NCBI RefSeq assembly: GCF_000143415.4
Contig: NW_003314365.1
Span: 74,708 to 138,707 of the forward strand
DNA from: Selaginella moellendorffii
Taxonomy: Eukaryota; Plantae; Lycopodiophyta
Direction of reading: 5' to 3'
Length of the DNA: 64,000 nucleotides
Shown here one piece after another: positions 49,801 through 61,927 of the stretch. The notes under the pieces were generated by a model. It was not told the DNA's origin. It was given only the letters and a program-made list of their open reading frames with translations, and ran no database searches. The position numbers and the translations under genes are program-made. Each line of letters begins with the position of its first letter. Position 1 is the stretch's first letter.

Positions 49801-50832
49801 GTCTTTCTTTCTCTTTGTTTCTAAATTCTTCAAATCTCTATCTAAACTTCATATAAGCCGTTGTCGGTCTTCTTCCGACTTGCTGGATGTTCTTCGTGGT
49901 TTTGGATACATGCATTCTTCTACTGGTTGTTGGTGTCAGATTCGTGTCTGCAGTCAATCATGCAGTTCGAGCAGAGCTTCGGGAAGACTGTCGGCGGGCC
50001 AATTGTCGATAAAGTCGTTGTGAGGTTGTTATTTCTTTTCTGTGCAAATATTGACAGTGGTGCGTGTTGGGTTATGTTCAGCCGAGTTGTGTTGGGTCGA
50101 GTGTGCTGGTGCAGTATGCAGACTGGTCTTCCACTTGCTGGTGCCAAGATGGAGTTTGATGAAGAGTTTCAGATATTTGGGTTTTTCTGGAATGATTTCT
50201 TCGATAATGTCGTCGAGTTGTTCGAGTCCGGATTGGGCGATGGCGTGATTGGCGAGAGTTGTTGTAGCGAACGTGTTGATTTCGAACCGAGTTCGGACTG
50301 TTGTTTTGGTGCTGAGCTGCTGACTCTATCGGAGGGGTTGTCGAAAAATTGGTGGTGCATTGTCAAGTTGTCCCTCAACAAGTTCTCTGATACCGGGTAA
50401 TAGAGTGATGGGTTCGTCATTGGTGTAGGTTCTGAGGATGTGCTTCGGTATTTGGAGTGGACGCAGGAATTGGAATTGTGTCGGAGCACTAGGATTGTTG
50501 GGTCGACGACTGCACGGAAGATGAGTTCGTTTCAGCAGTGGTGTCGGTTTGTGTCGAGCGCGCTGGTTGAGGTCTCGAGCTTGGAGTGGGTGGTCTTGTG
50601 CTCGGAGATGGAGTTCGCCAATGAAGCTGTTGAGGGTGTCCGCTGATGAAGGTGCTGGTAGATTGGAGTTTCTTGTCAAAGAGGGCTGTTGGTGGTCTTT
50701 GTTGGTGATTGAACTCGGAGATTGAGAGAGAGAGCTTTCAGATTCTGCAAAGATCTCCTCTGAGAAGGGTCTGCCTCTACTGCGTTGGGCGGCGATCACT
50801 TGGACGCCGTTGATCCATATTGGTGGTGGCAT
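43894..50832 (-). pseudogene. gag-pol of copy 3 (disrupted)
   Basis: PR ORF 46478-47467 (AIIDGGS..ILLGRPWL), RT 45400-45753, RH/INT ORF 44470-45087 (EAHNGPSGGHF..CDTC). Confidence 0.9.
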
Positions 50833-51978
50833 TTGTTTGTTGAATTTGGGCGAATTGGGTGGCGAATTGGGTAGCAAATTGGGTGGCAAATTGGGTAGTG
50901 AATTTTGGCAAGTTGGGTAGATTGCTTGATCGTTCTTGCTATCTGCGCACAAAGAATGGAGAAAGAATGGAAGAATTTGTGAACCTAAAGGGGAATTCAA
51001 AAGCCGTGGTTGCCAAATGAAGAGGTGTGAAAACTCCTCTTGGCTGGAAATCTATTGTTAGTAAGAAAACAAAAGAGAAAAAAGCCCGATCTCCAAGGGC
51101 AGAGAAGAAGCACGAATAAAAGAATGCTATGTATTAATAAGAAAAATGATGGAATGGAGATAGGGATCCACAATTCGGATTCCCCCTTTTGAAAGGCTAG
51201 TGGTTCTAACTGCTAGCATATACTATATGCTGTGCATGATTTAATCTATGGCTCCGATGCAGCCCTGGGTTCAAAGTCGGAGTCCCCTGAGCTTGGGTTT
51301 TTGGTTAATACACGATGTGTCGAGTGTAGTGTTTTGCGTAAGCTTGTGGGTGTGACTAGGCTAGTGGAGTCATGTTTTAAAGCTTCTCCTTGTCCCTTAC
51401 CATGCTCGCAGTGGCTTAACGTACCCATGAGCAGTTGAGGGACTTCTTCAAACCTCACAGATCCTTGTGTTGTATCATTGCCTCGCTTGCCATGCTTCTT
51501 CTCTTGTCAGCCATCAGCTATGCAGAGTCTAAACCTGCAAGCAGCTCTTGAGGAATTGTTTGCTCTCACCTGATGCTCGATCAAGGCTCTCACAACGTAC
51601 TCGGGACTAGACTACAGTGGATATCACTAATGCAACAAGCTTTAGGTTCCGAGTCTAAGTTAGTTGCACCAACTCAAAGATGTTCTGTTCTGTTTCATGG
51701 TTTTGAACATGGTTTTTCTATAGGAACAAGCATCAGACTGGAAGCTTTTGGGTGGTGTCTTGATGAATTAAGCTCCCCGAGGGTTTCATCTTGCGAAGAA
51801 GAGAGAAACAACTACCCCCAACCTTCAGCACTCTTGACATTTCCAGATGCCTTGCAACTCGAATCTCTTGGGCAGAACACACCGGTGCTCTTGAGGGGGA
51901 TGCCTGGATCAAATCAAACTGATGGGAAACATTCGCGTGCCAGCTGAGCGCCATGCCCAGAATTTCAAGAAACGATTC

Positions 51979-52078
51979 NNNNNNNNNNNNNNNNNNNNNN
52001 NNNNNNNNNNNNNNNNNNNNNNNNNNNNNNNNNNNNNNNNNNNNNNNNNNNNNNNNNNNNNNNNNNNNNNNNNNNNNN
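51979..52078. other. Assembly gap (100 N)
   Basis: N run. The paralog suggests ~80 bp are missing. Confidence 1.
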
Positions 52079-54621
52079 AAAACAATTATTGGCAAGGTCA
52101 CAGGTTTGAACCCACAGCCAGAGACCCAATTAAATTTTACTTGCAGCCCGCGTGACTACTAAAGTATCATTGCATTTCAGCTAGAGGGGGTGTCCAAGTT
52201 TGAATCCACCACTAGCTCCTCCTACATGCTTCGTCAAAATAGCGAATGGCCGAGGACTACTGACGACCTGGATAACGATACGCTGCTCCACACTTTCGAG
52301 CAGCGTTTGACTGCCGCGCTTGTGCCAATCTCATGTAAGAAAGAGTGGAGCTGAGCGAGAGCGTAGCCTTTCTTCTCTCTAGTTTCTCGCAGTGGCTTGA
52401 CGTGGGTCCTTGCAGATCATTGTGTTGTATCATTCCACCGCTTGTCATGCTTCTTCTTTGCTCTCACCTGACGCTCGATCAAGGCTCTCACAGGCTGCAG
52501 TGAATAACAAAGGAATCACTGGTGCATCAACCCTCAGGTTCTGAGTCTAATCAGTTGCACCAAATCAGGGATGTGCCTCTCGTGTTTTTGGGAGTGAGTA
52601 TTTAATTTCATGGTCTTGAACATGGCCAGAGGATTTGATCTTGCAAAGAAGAGAGAAACAAATAAATACCCCAACCTCCAGCACTCTTGACATTTCCAGA
52701 TGCCTCTCAACTCTGCTCTTCAAGAGGGTGGTTGGATCAAATCAAACTTGCTCATTTTCCAGAAACTTTTCTTGTTCCGAGAAACAAATTTTGCTCCAAA
52801 AAAATTCCTGGAACCAAGAAGAGAGGCTTGGAAACGTTCGCGCGACCTTGCCCACGTGATTGATACGGAACAATAAATCAGCACGCGTGCCATTCACTCA
52901 AAATCAAGAACAAGCGAAACACTTTAACAGGCTATTAATGTTTACTTTGGACGGGAACCTGTTGGCCGGATATCTGGCTAGAATAAAGAAATTTATTGGC
53001 AAGGTCACAGGTTCGAATCCACAGCCAGAGAACCACCTAAACACACTTTTTTCAAGTGTAGGCGATGTTGGAGTTTCTCCGCGATATTGGAATTTCCTTG
53101 TTTCTTCCTCCCGCAGGCTCGAGAGACAAAAAAGACAGTGGTCGATCTAGCCCAGAAACAAAGGATCCTGGAATGTGTCTCTCGCTTGGAACGATAATAG
53201 ATTTGGAGGAGGAACTTGCGCCTCGCGTGACTCGCAATGCAGCCTTGTTACGATCGCACAGAGTGCTGCAGACTGCCAAGGAAGAACACGAACGCTGAGC
53301 GGCACACTCTGCAAGCTGGAACGCGAGCGATTGAGCGGAGCAGAGACAGGACACGACCCTGGACATCGGTTTACCGATGCCCAAGAGTTTTGGCAACCTT
53401 CGAATGGCTGTGAGTCATGATCTCCAGCCCAGAGGACAGGTCCAACTAGCATCGGACTTTTCCCCACTCTTTCATTCTCCAGCGCTGAAATTTGGCTCGA
53501 CACTGGCCTCGTCTAGCTTCCCAGATCTCCCCAGCAGATCCACCAAGCATCTTAAGTTTTCCATGATCGTGGACTTGCTGTAGTCTTGGGCTATGGACGA
53601 CAAGTAGTTCTCATCCCGAGATGACTGCAGGCAGAAAACCTCGCTCTGATCACAGTAGCTTGCAAGATGCAAAGGAGGGAGAAGCGTTGCAAAATTTTTT
53701 GATTGGGTCTCTGGCTGTGGATTCGAACCTGTGACCTTGCCAATATATTTGTTTATTCTAGCCAGATATCCGGCCATCGGGTTCCCGTCCAAATCGGACA
53801 CTAATTGCTTCTTAACGATATCATACCTTCACCATAACGGCGCAAGCTCTCGCTCATTTCTAAGCATCCTTTCTAAACCTGTGGGAACGTTTTATAAGGC
53901 TGTCATCCTTTCTGCGGTTGTCAAGCTCAAGAAAGAAACCATTATGGAATGAACATTTCACCACTGAATCCCTGGGATAACTTACCTTTTCTTCTTTTGA
54001 GAAACAAGGTTTCCCTAACGACTGAATGTCCGAAGATGGCTTGTTTGAGCATTGAAGATTAAATTGATCCAGGCACGCTCTTGATTAGCAGCAAAGTTAA
54101 GAGTACAAGGCTGGAGGTACTTGTCTGTTCTTTCAAATCCTGGGGAGCTTGAGATTTCATCAAGGGGCTTTCTTGTCGTGTTCTATCCAAGTTTGATGCT
54201 TGTTCCTAGCAGCAACAAGAAAAAATCCATGAAATTTCAAGTCACACCCTGTGTGAAGAAGAGGGGGCAATGCATGGAAAGTACTCGGGGAAAAGGTGAC
54301 TGTCCACAACAAGAGTATTTAGAGCAAAAAGGGCGAAAGGTGAACTGTGGGAAAGCAATGCTTTCACTGCAACGTATATCCCTTGTGCCCTGCTGATCAA
54401 TCCAAAAGCCACAACACTGGTGGTAGTGCAGCAGCTCCTCCGTCCCACGTTTAAATTCTACAAGCTCTTGCCAGGTGCAAGGTTCCATGGCCGTTTGCGA
54501 CAAGAGAAATGCTGGTCACGTCTTTCGAACTGGAGCTACCTGAATTGGATGCTGTGGTTGGCTGCTTGCGAACAGTTAAGCTATCAATCACTGTGCCTCT
54601 TTTGTTATTTTATTCACTCCA

Positions 54622-55132
54622 ATGGTGGTGATTTGCCAGGTCCCCCAGGAAGCAGAGACTATCGTCAAGGAGACCATCCATGGTTTTAATGCTTCTCATT
54701 TGCCTCCTCCAAAAGAGGGCGTCATTCGCATGGAAGCCAACGGTGGATTCATCCTCCAGAAGATTAGCGACGAGAAATGCTACATAAGGTACGCTATTAG
54801 TTTTTTTTTTTTTTTGTTTTCTTCTTAAGATAGTCACTACTTCTTTTACAGAGCAGTAATACACCTGGACCTTAAGCTCGACCTTGTTCCGACATGGGTG
54901 ATTAACTTCCTTGGGCGTCAAGTTGTGGGACACGGCTTCAGACTATACCTCAAGGTATATTTCTTTCCTTTTGGGGTGAAAAATGTCTAAACTTTGTGTG
55001 TTACAACAGACTGTTTCTTCTGTTAAAGAGAGCAAAGTGTTTCAAGAATGCATCAGGCAACAGCCACTCTACAGCCGCATAACGTTACAGATGCTACCAA
55101 AATCGAGCCACGAAAATGGATACAAGAGTTGA
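54622..55132 (+). pseudogene. START/SRPBCC-like 3' gene fragment, copy 4
   Basis: Same exon structure. Confidence 0.7.
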
Positions 55133-56179
55133 GGTGCTTTTCATAAGAACTATTCATAAGCTTCCTGCACAAGAGCATTTACATTTATAAACAATTTATA
55201 AACAAAGAGGAGCTTGAGGCCCACCGATACTCCTGAAAAGTCCGAACTTATTCATGAGACATATGCAAGGTGGGTTTTATAAGATTTCTGTTGTTTTGCA
55301 TGTCTAGAAAAATCTGCTGCAGTCAAGCTCAAGAAAGAAACCATTCTCTTCTCGATGGAATGAAACTCTCACTTGCTCCATGCTCTGGCGAGGCCATGGC
55401 AAACAAAATGGGCGGACTCTTCGTCTCAATCTGACAAGCAGCTGATGCAAAGGCTACTTTTGAGAAACAAAGCGTAAGTATGCTGCAACAAGAACCAGCA
55501 ACAGCCGTTTAAGGTATTGTCGTGGAAGATGGCTTGCCTGAGCTCGAGTTTGATTTGATCCAGGCACCCTGGTCCCATCTATTCTTCACTTGGTTGTCAA
55601 AGCTTGGAGGTCCATAGGTTTCGATCCTTTCAAATCCTGCTCCAACTTTTGATGCCTTTTCTTGGCAATAATATATTGCTCTGAAACCGTGAAAGCTTAC
55701 TCACCTGCAAAAAAAACTCTAGGGTTGCACCAGACATCCAATAAACCAGGGAAGCTCTTGAGGAAAATCCTAGATTCAACATAAACAAGTCACACCTCAT
55801 GGAATTGGTGGTGATCTTGGTGCAACTAGCTAGTTAAGCTTGTCCTCAAACACATGGTTTTGGCATTTGTCTTTCACACTATTGTCCAATCTTGTGAAAG
55901 CCTTGACCGATCTTAAACTCAATCAGCTGAGAACAAGCTGTCTCAAAAGTTTCCAAAGAGCAGAAGGCATAATACAAAGGTCACAAACTCGTCTCATCAC
56001 AAGTTGCATTGTGGTCACTCCACGCCTTGGATGTTGATGAACTACAGGCCTCCATTTATCTTGGAAAATACATCTATGAGGAATGAAGCAATCTGGACAA
56101 TAGTATAAGCAAAATGAGCACGAGAAGAACCATACATACCGTGGAAAAGCATGAGTTCTACACTCAAAACGACACACAC

Positions 56180-56345
56180 ATGGCACGGGCAATGTTCGAT
56201 CAAATGCCCGAGTGCCACAACATTGTCGCATGGACTGCTAGGCCTACACTCTCACTGGGAATTTCTTCCACGCTTTAATTTGATCCTCTACCAGGAGATG
56301 GTCTTGGAAGGAATGGCTCCCGACTAGATCACATTCACTTCCGAA
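56180..56345 (+). pseudogene. PPR fragment
   Basis: ARAMFDQMPECHNIVAWT and YQEMVLEGMAPD*ITFT. Confidence 0.7.
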
Positions 56346-56808
56346 ATCAGAAAAGTTCTTTGTCAGGATGTACCATCTAGTAGGACGAAACTGGCCTCAA
56401 GAATGCTAGAGCATAAGTTATAACATGTAGATACGTGGGGCTCCTCGCCAAATGATGAACCTATGCAGAGACTTGCCCGATCGTGGAGCACTAGTACACG
56501 CAAGGTGGATTGTTAACATTGAGGATGTCATTGTCGTGTGCTAAAGTGGCCTGAAGAACGCCACTGTGATTGGATTCCTTGTGATTCCATCACTCTTTTA
56601 GCTAATAGAGCTTCTAATTACAATCTTTTACAAGGAACCCACAGTACAAAGACTAAGCTCGGTTACTAAGCTCAATAATGAAGATTAAGCCATTGTTGGA
56701 ATGTCCATTTTAGGGAGTTGTGCTCTTATTGGATAGCTCATTGTAACGCTTGAGCTAAATGCTTTTCAATTAAAACGTACAATAATATGCTTTGCCTCCT
56801 GTGGCAAC

Positions 56809-57750
56809 ATGCAGTCTATGTTAGGAGATCTCAGCAGGCATGGTGGATCAATGTTCCATCTGGAACGGATGAAATTTCTTGCTCAAGGTGCTCGTCTGAC
56901 CACATTCCACAGCAATATTCTGAAGCTGTACGTGAAGGAGATATTCGATGGGTTGTACAAACAGATCAGGAAGATCCTGGTGCCGTTCATGTGGATGTTG
57001 TGCTGCCATTTGAATGGAAATTCGGGGGTTGGTAAGCCTGCATTCGTCTGGTACTTCCGGTCATGATCTACGAGTCCAGAGCGACTGTTTTGATGTTCAA
57101 GGGTAACAAAGCTCAGGGTGGTGAATAGAGAAGACTTCCCTCAGGAGATTGTGCTGGACAGCAAAGTAGATACCATCTCATCGATCTGTGAGTGGACTTG
57201 GGGCGGATGGTTCGAAATAAAACCCTTGTTGCTGCTTCATCACCAGATGAGTTGAATGTCAGAAAAGCCAAGCGGACAACGTTCACTCGCTATCTGCCTG
57301 CGTGGGAAAAGCACAAGTACGATGCTCTTGTGTCTTCTTGGAGGAAACGCGTAACAGACTACGAGAGTGGATCGGAAGAAGCCAAAGAGATAACGCAGAG
57401 AGTGAATGCTGCTGAAATGGCGTTTGAATGGTTTGGAGGTATCCCCTGGTTTCTTTGGGATGTAGAAGCAAACGGTCTGACTGTGGAAGCTTTCGAAAGG
57501 GATTGAAGCACCTGAGTATGGTTCTGACTCCTGATTTTGTCCTTCAAGCGTTTTGAGCGTTGGTGGTCCAGGAAACTAAGGTGCGCATCTTCATGCTCTC
57601 AAACATGCTCCTGGCGGCGCTCAAGTTGAAACTTGCGTGAGAGCTATCCAGCAGACAATGGTCTTGCGCAGGATCTCGTGAACATGCGAGGATCCACGGT
57701 ACTGGATTCTTCTCCGGGATTTGACCGAAGGTGTTCTTCGTGAGGGCAAC
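56809..57750 (+). pseudogene. Crinkler/RHS-type P-loop NTPase gene remnant (approximate 3' end)
   Basis: KLYVKEIFDGLYKQI..GNSGVGKPAFVWYF (Walker A-like), YHLID, VAASSPD, RYLPAW and FEWFGGIP follow the CRN-NTPase motif order. Stops and frameshifts present. Confidence 0.6.
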
Positions 57751-57921
57751 GACGCCTTGGATGGTCCTAATGATGGAAGTCGTTGTAATTCTTAGGATAC
57801 TACTTTATCCATCACGAATAGCATCAATACAGTAATCACTTCGAAGCTTTTAAAATAGGATCTACATATTTTGTCTTGGTAATGGGAGATTTCACTTCCT
57901 GAACATAGTCGCTTCTATATA

Positions 57922-58401
57922 TCAGGTGAAGCAAGATCTAACGTCCACATCTTGATTGATTTCATTTGCTGTTAAATCCATCCATTTTTTGATTTTTTTT
58001 TGTGTGTGGCTATCCGGCACCAGGAATCGTCTAAAATCCATGGTGAGGCTCTTTGGGTATCGAGGTTTCTTCATTTGAATCCTTGGAATCTTTCGGTTTT
58101 CGGTTTTCGACATCCAAGCCGGCTCCCTTTCGTCCTTGGGCGGCTGGATGCCTTGGATGATCGCCGCATTTTGCCGCGTCTTGGCGTCCGGAAGGGATGT
58201 GTCAGGGAGCGAAGCAATTGCGTCAGAATAGATGCAGCTGAGCTCCTGGACAAGCTCGTCCCAAGTCCGGCACGACAGGCCCGTTGTGTAGTTGGGAGAG
58301 AGGGGATGGAAAACGTGGCCTTTGTCTGGGTGCAACCGGATGGAGAGCTCCGAGGGAAAGCCACCCTTCAAACATCGAGAGATGGCAGCTTTCCGCTGCA
58401 C
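57922..58401 (-). CDS. Hypothetical ORF with an LSIRLHPDK (J-domain-like) motif
   Basis: 159-aa open frame. Only the HPD motif supports any identity. Confidence 0.2.
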   Translation of the reverse strand: MQRKAAISRCLKGGFPSELSIRLHPDKGHVFHPLSPNYTTGLSCRTWDELVQELSCIYSDAIASLPDTSLPDAKTRQNAAIIQGIQPPKDEREPAWMSKTENRKIPRIQMKKPRYPKSLTMDFRRFLVPDSHTQKKIKKWMDLTANEINQDVDVRSCFT

Positions 58402-58458
58402 AGAGGAAGACGAATACCCGAGTCTCTCTCACCTCGCGAAACCGTAGCCGCACTAAAA

Positions 58459-58507
58459 TCTAACGGTTTGGATGGTATATTCTAAGATATCCTTTAATCC
58501 AACGGCT
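58459..58507 (+). promoter_or_regulatory. Two MSA-like elements (YCYAACGGYY)
   Basis: TCTAACGGTT at 58459-58468 and TCCAACGGCT at 58498-58507. Confidence 0.4.
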
Positions 58508-58654
58508 GTGATGTATCGCTCTTAACCTTTTATTTGTTTGTAGTTACCACTAATATAAACTGCGTTTAAAAGTTCAGTTAATTTAATAATAAAATAATAA
58601 AATAGTGTTCATGTTAGGGGGCGACCCTAACACCGTACTATTCTTAATTGAAAG

Positions 58655-58738
58655 TCGAGGCGGATGGGAATCGAACCCAGCAACCCTTCACAATAGAACA
58701 TTACAGCGTGCATGCTATAACCACAAAGCCATGAACAC
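58655..58738 (-). pseudogene. tRNA-derived sequence (pseudo-tRNA/SINE head; Tyr-like GTA loop)
   Basis: TGGCTTTGTGGTTATAGC (A-box/D-arm), CTGTAA, TGGG-TTCGATT-CCCA (T-arm). Acceptor stem does not pair. Confidence 0.5.
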
Positions 58739-58849
58739 TGGGAGATAACAAAATATTATTTCAGCACCTCTTATTTGAAAAACAAGATTTGGAATCCATC
58801 TGATTGTCCACGTGGACGACATCCAGGGGCTGCGAGGCCAGAGGATCCA

Positions 58850-59380
58850 CGCGCGGATCCTGGAGAGCAGCTACTGGCCGAATCAATACCGTCTTCATCC
58901 GGCATGAAATCAAAGATTTCTTCCTCTGCTATTCACTGCTGGAAGGGGAACCCATGGAACGTCCTGTCATTCTGGGCAGTAGATTCGTCCAGGACACGAG
59001 ATCCTTGGCCGGCGTTTTTGCCCAAGCTCGATTTCGCTGCCACAATTTGCCCCTGCTGCGCGAGAGCCATTATCATCGAGTTCCATGGCGCTCTGAGACG
59101 CAATCAAACATAGACTCACACTCTCGGATGCGGGATGCCGCCACATACGCGGTGACCATCGCGTTCCAGGAGACGATAATCGAACAAGATTGACGCCGCA
59201 TCGATCGAATGCCCTGTTCTTGCTGCTCGCATTTGCCAGCGAAAGGGAATATCGCGCGATCCAAGAGCCTGAACCCGGCGCGGCGGCGTGGATCATTCGG
59301 GGGGATCGGCACGAGAGAAGATTTAGCTCCAGCAACGCTGCCGAGAGCGACTTTGCGGAGAAGAGAAATCCCTCGTTCAT
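58850..59380 (-). pseudogene. PPR fragment
   Basis: IVSWNAMVTAY and EEIFDFMPDEDG motifs in shifted frames. Confidence 0.65.
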
Positions 59381-59384
59381 ACAA

Positions 59385-61927
59385 AAAAAATTGATTGGGT
59401 CTCTGGCTGTGGGTTCGAACCTGTGACCTTGCCAATATATTTTTTTATTCTAGCCAGATATCCGGCCATCAGGTTCCCGTCCAAAGTCTACACTAATTGC
59501 TTCTTAACGTATACCATCATGTAAACAGCGGCGCAAGAGATTTTCGTTTTGTGGGCGCATGGCGCGCAGCGCGTTGCTGCTGTCAAGCTCAAGAAAGAAA
59601 CCATTCTCTTCTCGATGGAATGAAACTCTCACTTTCTCCATGCTCTGGCGAGGCCATGGCAAACAAAACGGGTTGGATGGACTCTGCAGCTCAATCTGAG
59701 CAAGCAGCTGATGCAGAAGCTATTTTTGAGAAACAAAGTATAAGTATGCTGCAACAAGAACCAGCAACATCCGTTTAAGATATTGTTCTGGAAGATGGCT
59801 TGTCTGAGCTCGAGTTTGATTTGATCCAGGCACCATGGTCCCGAGAATCTATTCTTCACTTGGTTGTCCAAGCTGGAGGTCCATAGGTTTGGATCCTTTC
59901 AAATCCTCGGGGCGTGAGACTCTGGAGCTCCAAGTTTTGATGCCTTCTCTTGGCAATAATATAATATATTGCTCTGAAACCGTGAAAGCTTACTCACCCG
60001 CAAACAAAACTCCAGGGTTGCACCAGAGATCCAATAAACCTGTGAGAGCCTTGACCAAGCTCAAACTCAATCAGCTCAGAGCAAGCTTTCTCAAAAGTTT
60101 CCAAAGAGCAGATGGCATAACACAAAAAACGTATACCAGGTCACCAACTCATCTCATCACAAGTTGCGTTATGGTCACTCCACGCCTTGGATGTTGATGA
60201 ACTACAGGCCTCCATTTTATCTTGGAAAATGCTTGAGGCCAAAGGGTGGCGAAGATGAGGAATGAAGCGATCTGGACTGGACAAGAGTATAAACAGAATG
60301 AGGACGAGAAGAACCATACATACAGCGGAAAAGCAGTGCTTGTGCTTGTGAGCCTAGTTTGAAGATGTCTGAGACTGAGAAGAAAGACCATGCTGCTCGA
60401 CTCATAGAGCATGCCCGGCAGCAGCACACCGCCCGGGTAAAGAGCCCCCTGGATCGAAAATGTGCAGCAGTAGCGTATAATGGCAATGGCGGTGGTTTTC
60501 CATGGCATCGTTCTTGAGCCTTGACGAGGAGGTGCCATCCAGCGAAGATTTGCAGGAAGGAGGAGCGATCTCCAGCGGTGGGCGCCTGGGCGAGAATGCG
60601 GTGAGCACAGATCTCGGAAGGGGAAGGCGCATCCACGAGGAAANNNNNNNNNNNNNNNNNNNNNNNNNNNNNNNNNNNNNNNNNNNNNNNNNNNNNNNNN
60701 NNNNNNNNNNNNNNNNNNNNNNNNNNNNNNNNNNNNNNNNNNNCGTCTCCAGCGGCCTCGAGGTTCCTTGCTAATCTGGTCATAGAAAGGTATGGAAAGT
60801 GCGGGCGCTGGAAATCTTCCAGAAGATGAAAGATCGAGGTTCTTTCTCGTGGAAGATTGCGATCGCGGCATTTGCCCTTGTTACTCTTTTCCGAGCATCC
60901 AGTTATTTCTCTTGGCAGCTATCAATGCCGATCTGGGGGAGATCCACGCGCTAATCATCGCCGCGTTACGGTGCTCCGTTGGCGAGCATGCCATCACCGA
61001 GATCTTCTTCTGCCAAGAACTGGACAGACACTTGCATCGGGTGGAACCAGGGCATTGCCGTGTGAGCTCGAGACTGGCATCCCAGCCTGATCGGCGCCAC
61101 ATCCCAATCGCCGCCCCAAGCTCCAATTACTACAACGACAAGCCAAAGATGGTGACGGTGTTATTGTCTCAGCTCCAGGATTGCGAGGAGATCAGACAGC
61201 AGGGGTATGGCCTCCTCCAAAGGCCGTGGTTGATTTACCCTCCAGCAGTAGTCTTTCAACCAGGCCTGGAGCGGGCCTTCTGCCAACTTAAGTCGAGGTT
61301 CCTGGTGTTTCTCACCATGTGTTTCTCACCTGGATCTCCGCCACATCGCCATTGATAGCTGCAAGAATTCGATCGACGAGCATTTGCTGGGCAAATGCGT
61401 TCCAGAAGAAAACATTTCCATCTTCCATTTTGTGGAGGACACCCAAGGCATCCACAGTGCACCCGCACTTTCCATACATTTCCATGATGAAATTCGCGAG
61501 GAATCTATGACGATCAGAGCAGCGTCTCCTCCTCGTCGTCAAGAACAATGCGATGGAACCATTCGTTAACTACAGGTAAGCTTCGTCAAAATAGCAAATG
61601 TCTCAAGGACAGCGATAGCAGAGGTGACGCTGCCACCATTGGGCGACCTGGATAACGATACGCTGCTCTGCACTTTTGCTCGCATTCCAACAAGGAAGTT
61701 CCTCACCCGAGCAGTGCTTGTCTGCTGCGCTTGGCTGGATGATCCGGTCTGGCTCAAACCAAGACAAGCCTTCAAACAATACCTCGCAAAGCAAGCATCA
61801 CAAGCATTGCTTTTGTGATTTAAAGTGGTATGTATATACTCTTGTCCAGATTGCTCAAGAACGCACAAGAGACTGTCTTGAGCTTCATTCCTCACCTTTG
61901 CCACCTTTCGATTTTCGCCAAGCAATG
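59385..61927. repeat. Partial host repeat unit 5 (A-type)
   Basis: From ~59580 it matches 3519-5753 and shares the CAATG TSD variant with unit 1. Confidence 0.9.
60644..60743. other. Assembly gap (100 N)
   Basis: Paralogs have only 2 bp between the same flanks. Confidence 1.

Larger units (their letters stand above)
41299..51312 (-). mobile_element. Ty3/Gypsy LTR retrotransposon copy 3 (most complete pol)
   Basis: LTRs 41299-41593 and 51018-51312, TSD CGATG. Retains the RNase H C-terminus and the integrase HHCC finger. Confidence 0.95.
51313..56155. repeat. Host repeat unit 4 (B-type, diverges after ~55600 and ends)
   Basis: Offset 31626 from unit 2 over 21400-23150. Retains segments missing elsewhere (~52375-52400, ~55748-55892). 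Confidence 0.9.

Noticed and set aside
58655-58738. Functional intron-containing tRNA-Tyr
   Set aside because: The acceptor stem does not pair and the anticodon stem is poor.
5749-61927. Site-specific retrotransposon repeatedly targeting an F-box gene
   Set aside because: Left and right LTRs carry position-specific shared variants, and internal deletions are shared, indicating one insertion duplicated with its flanks.
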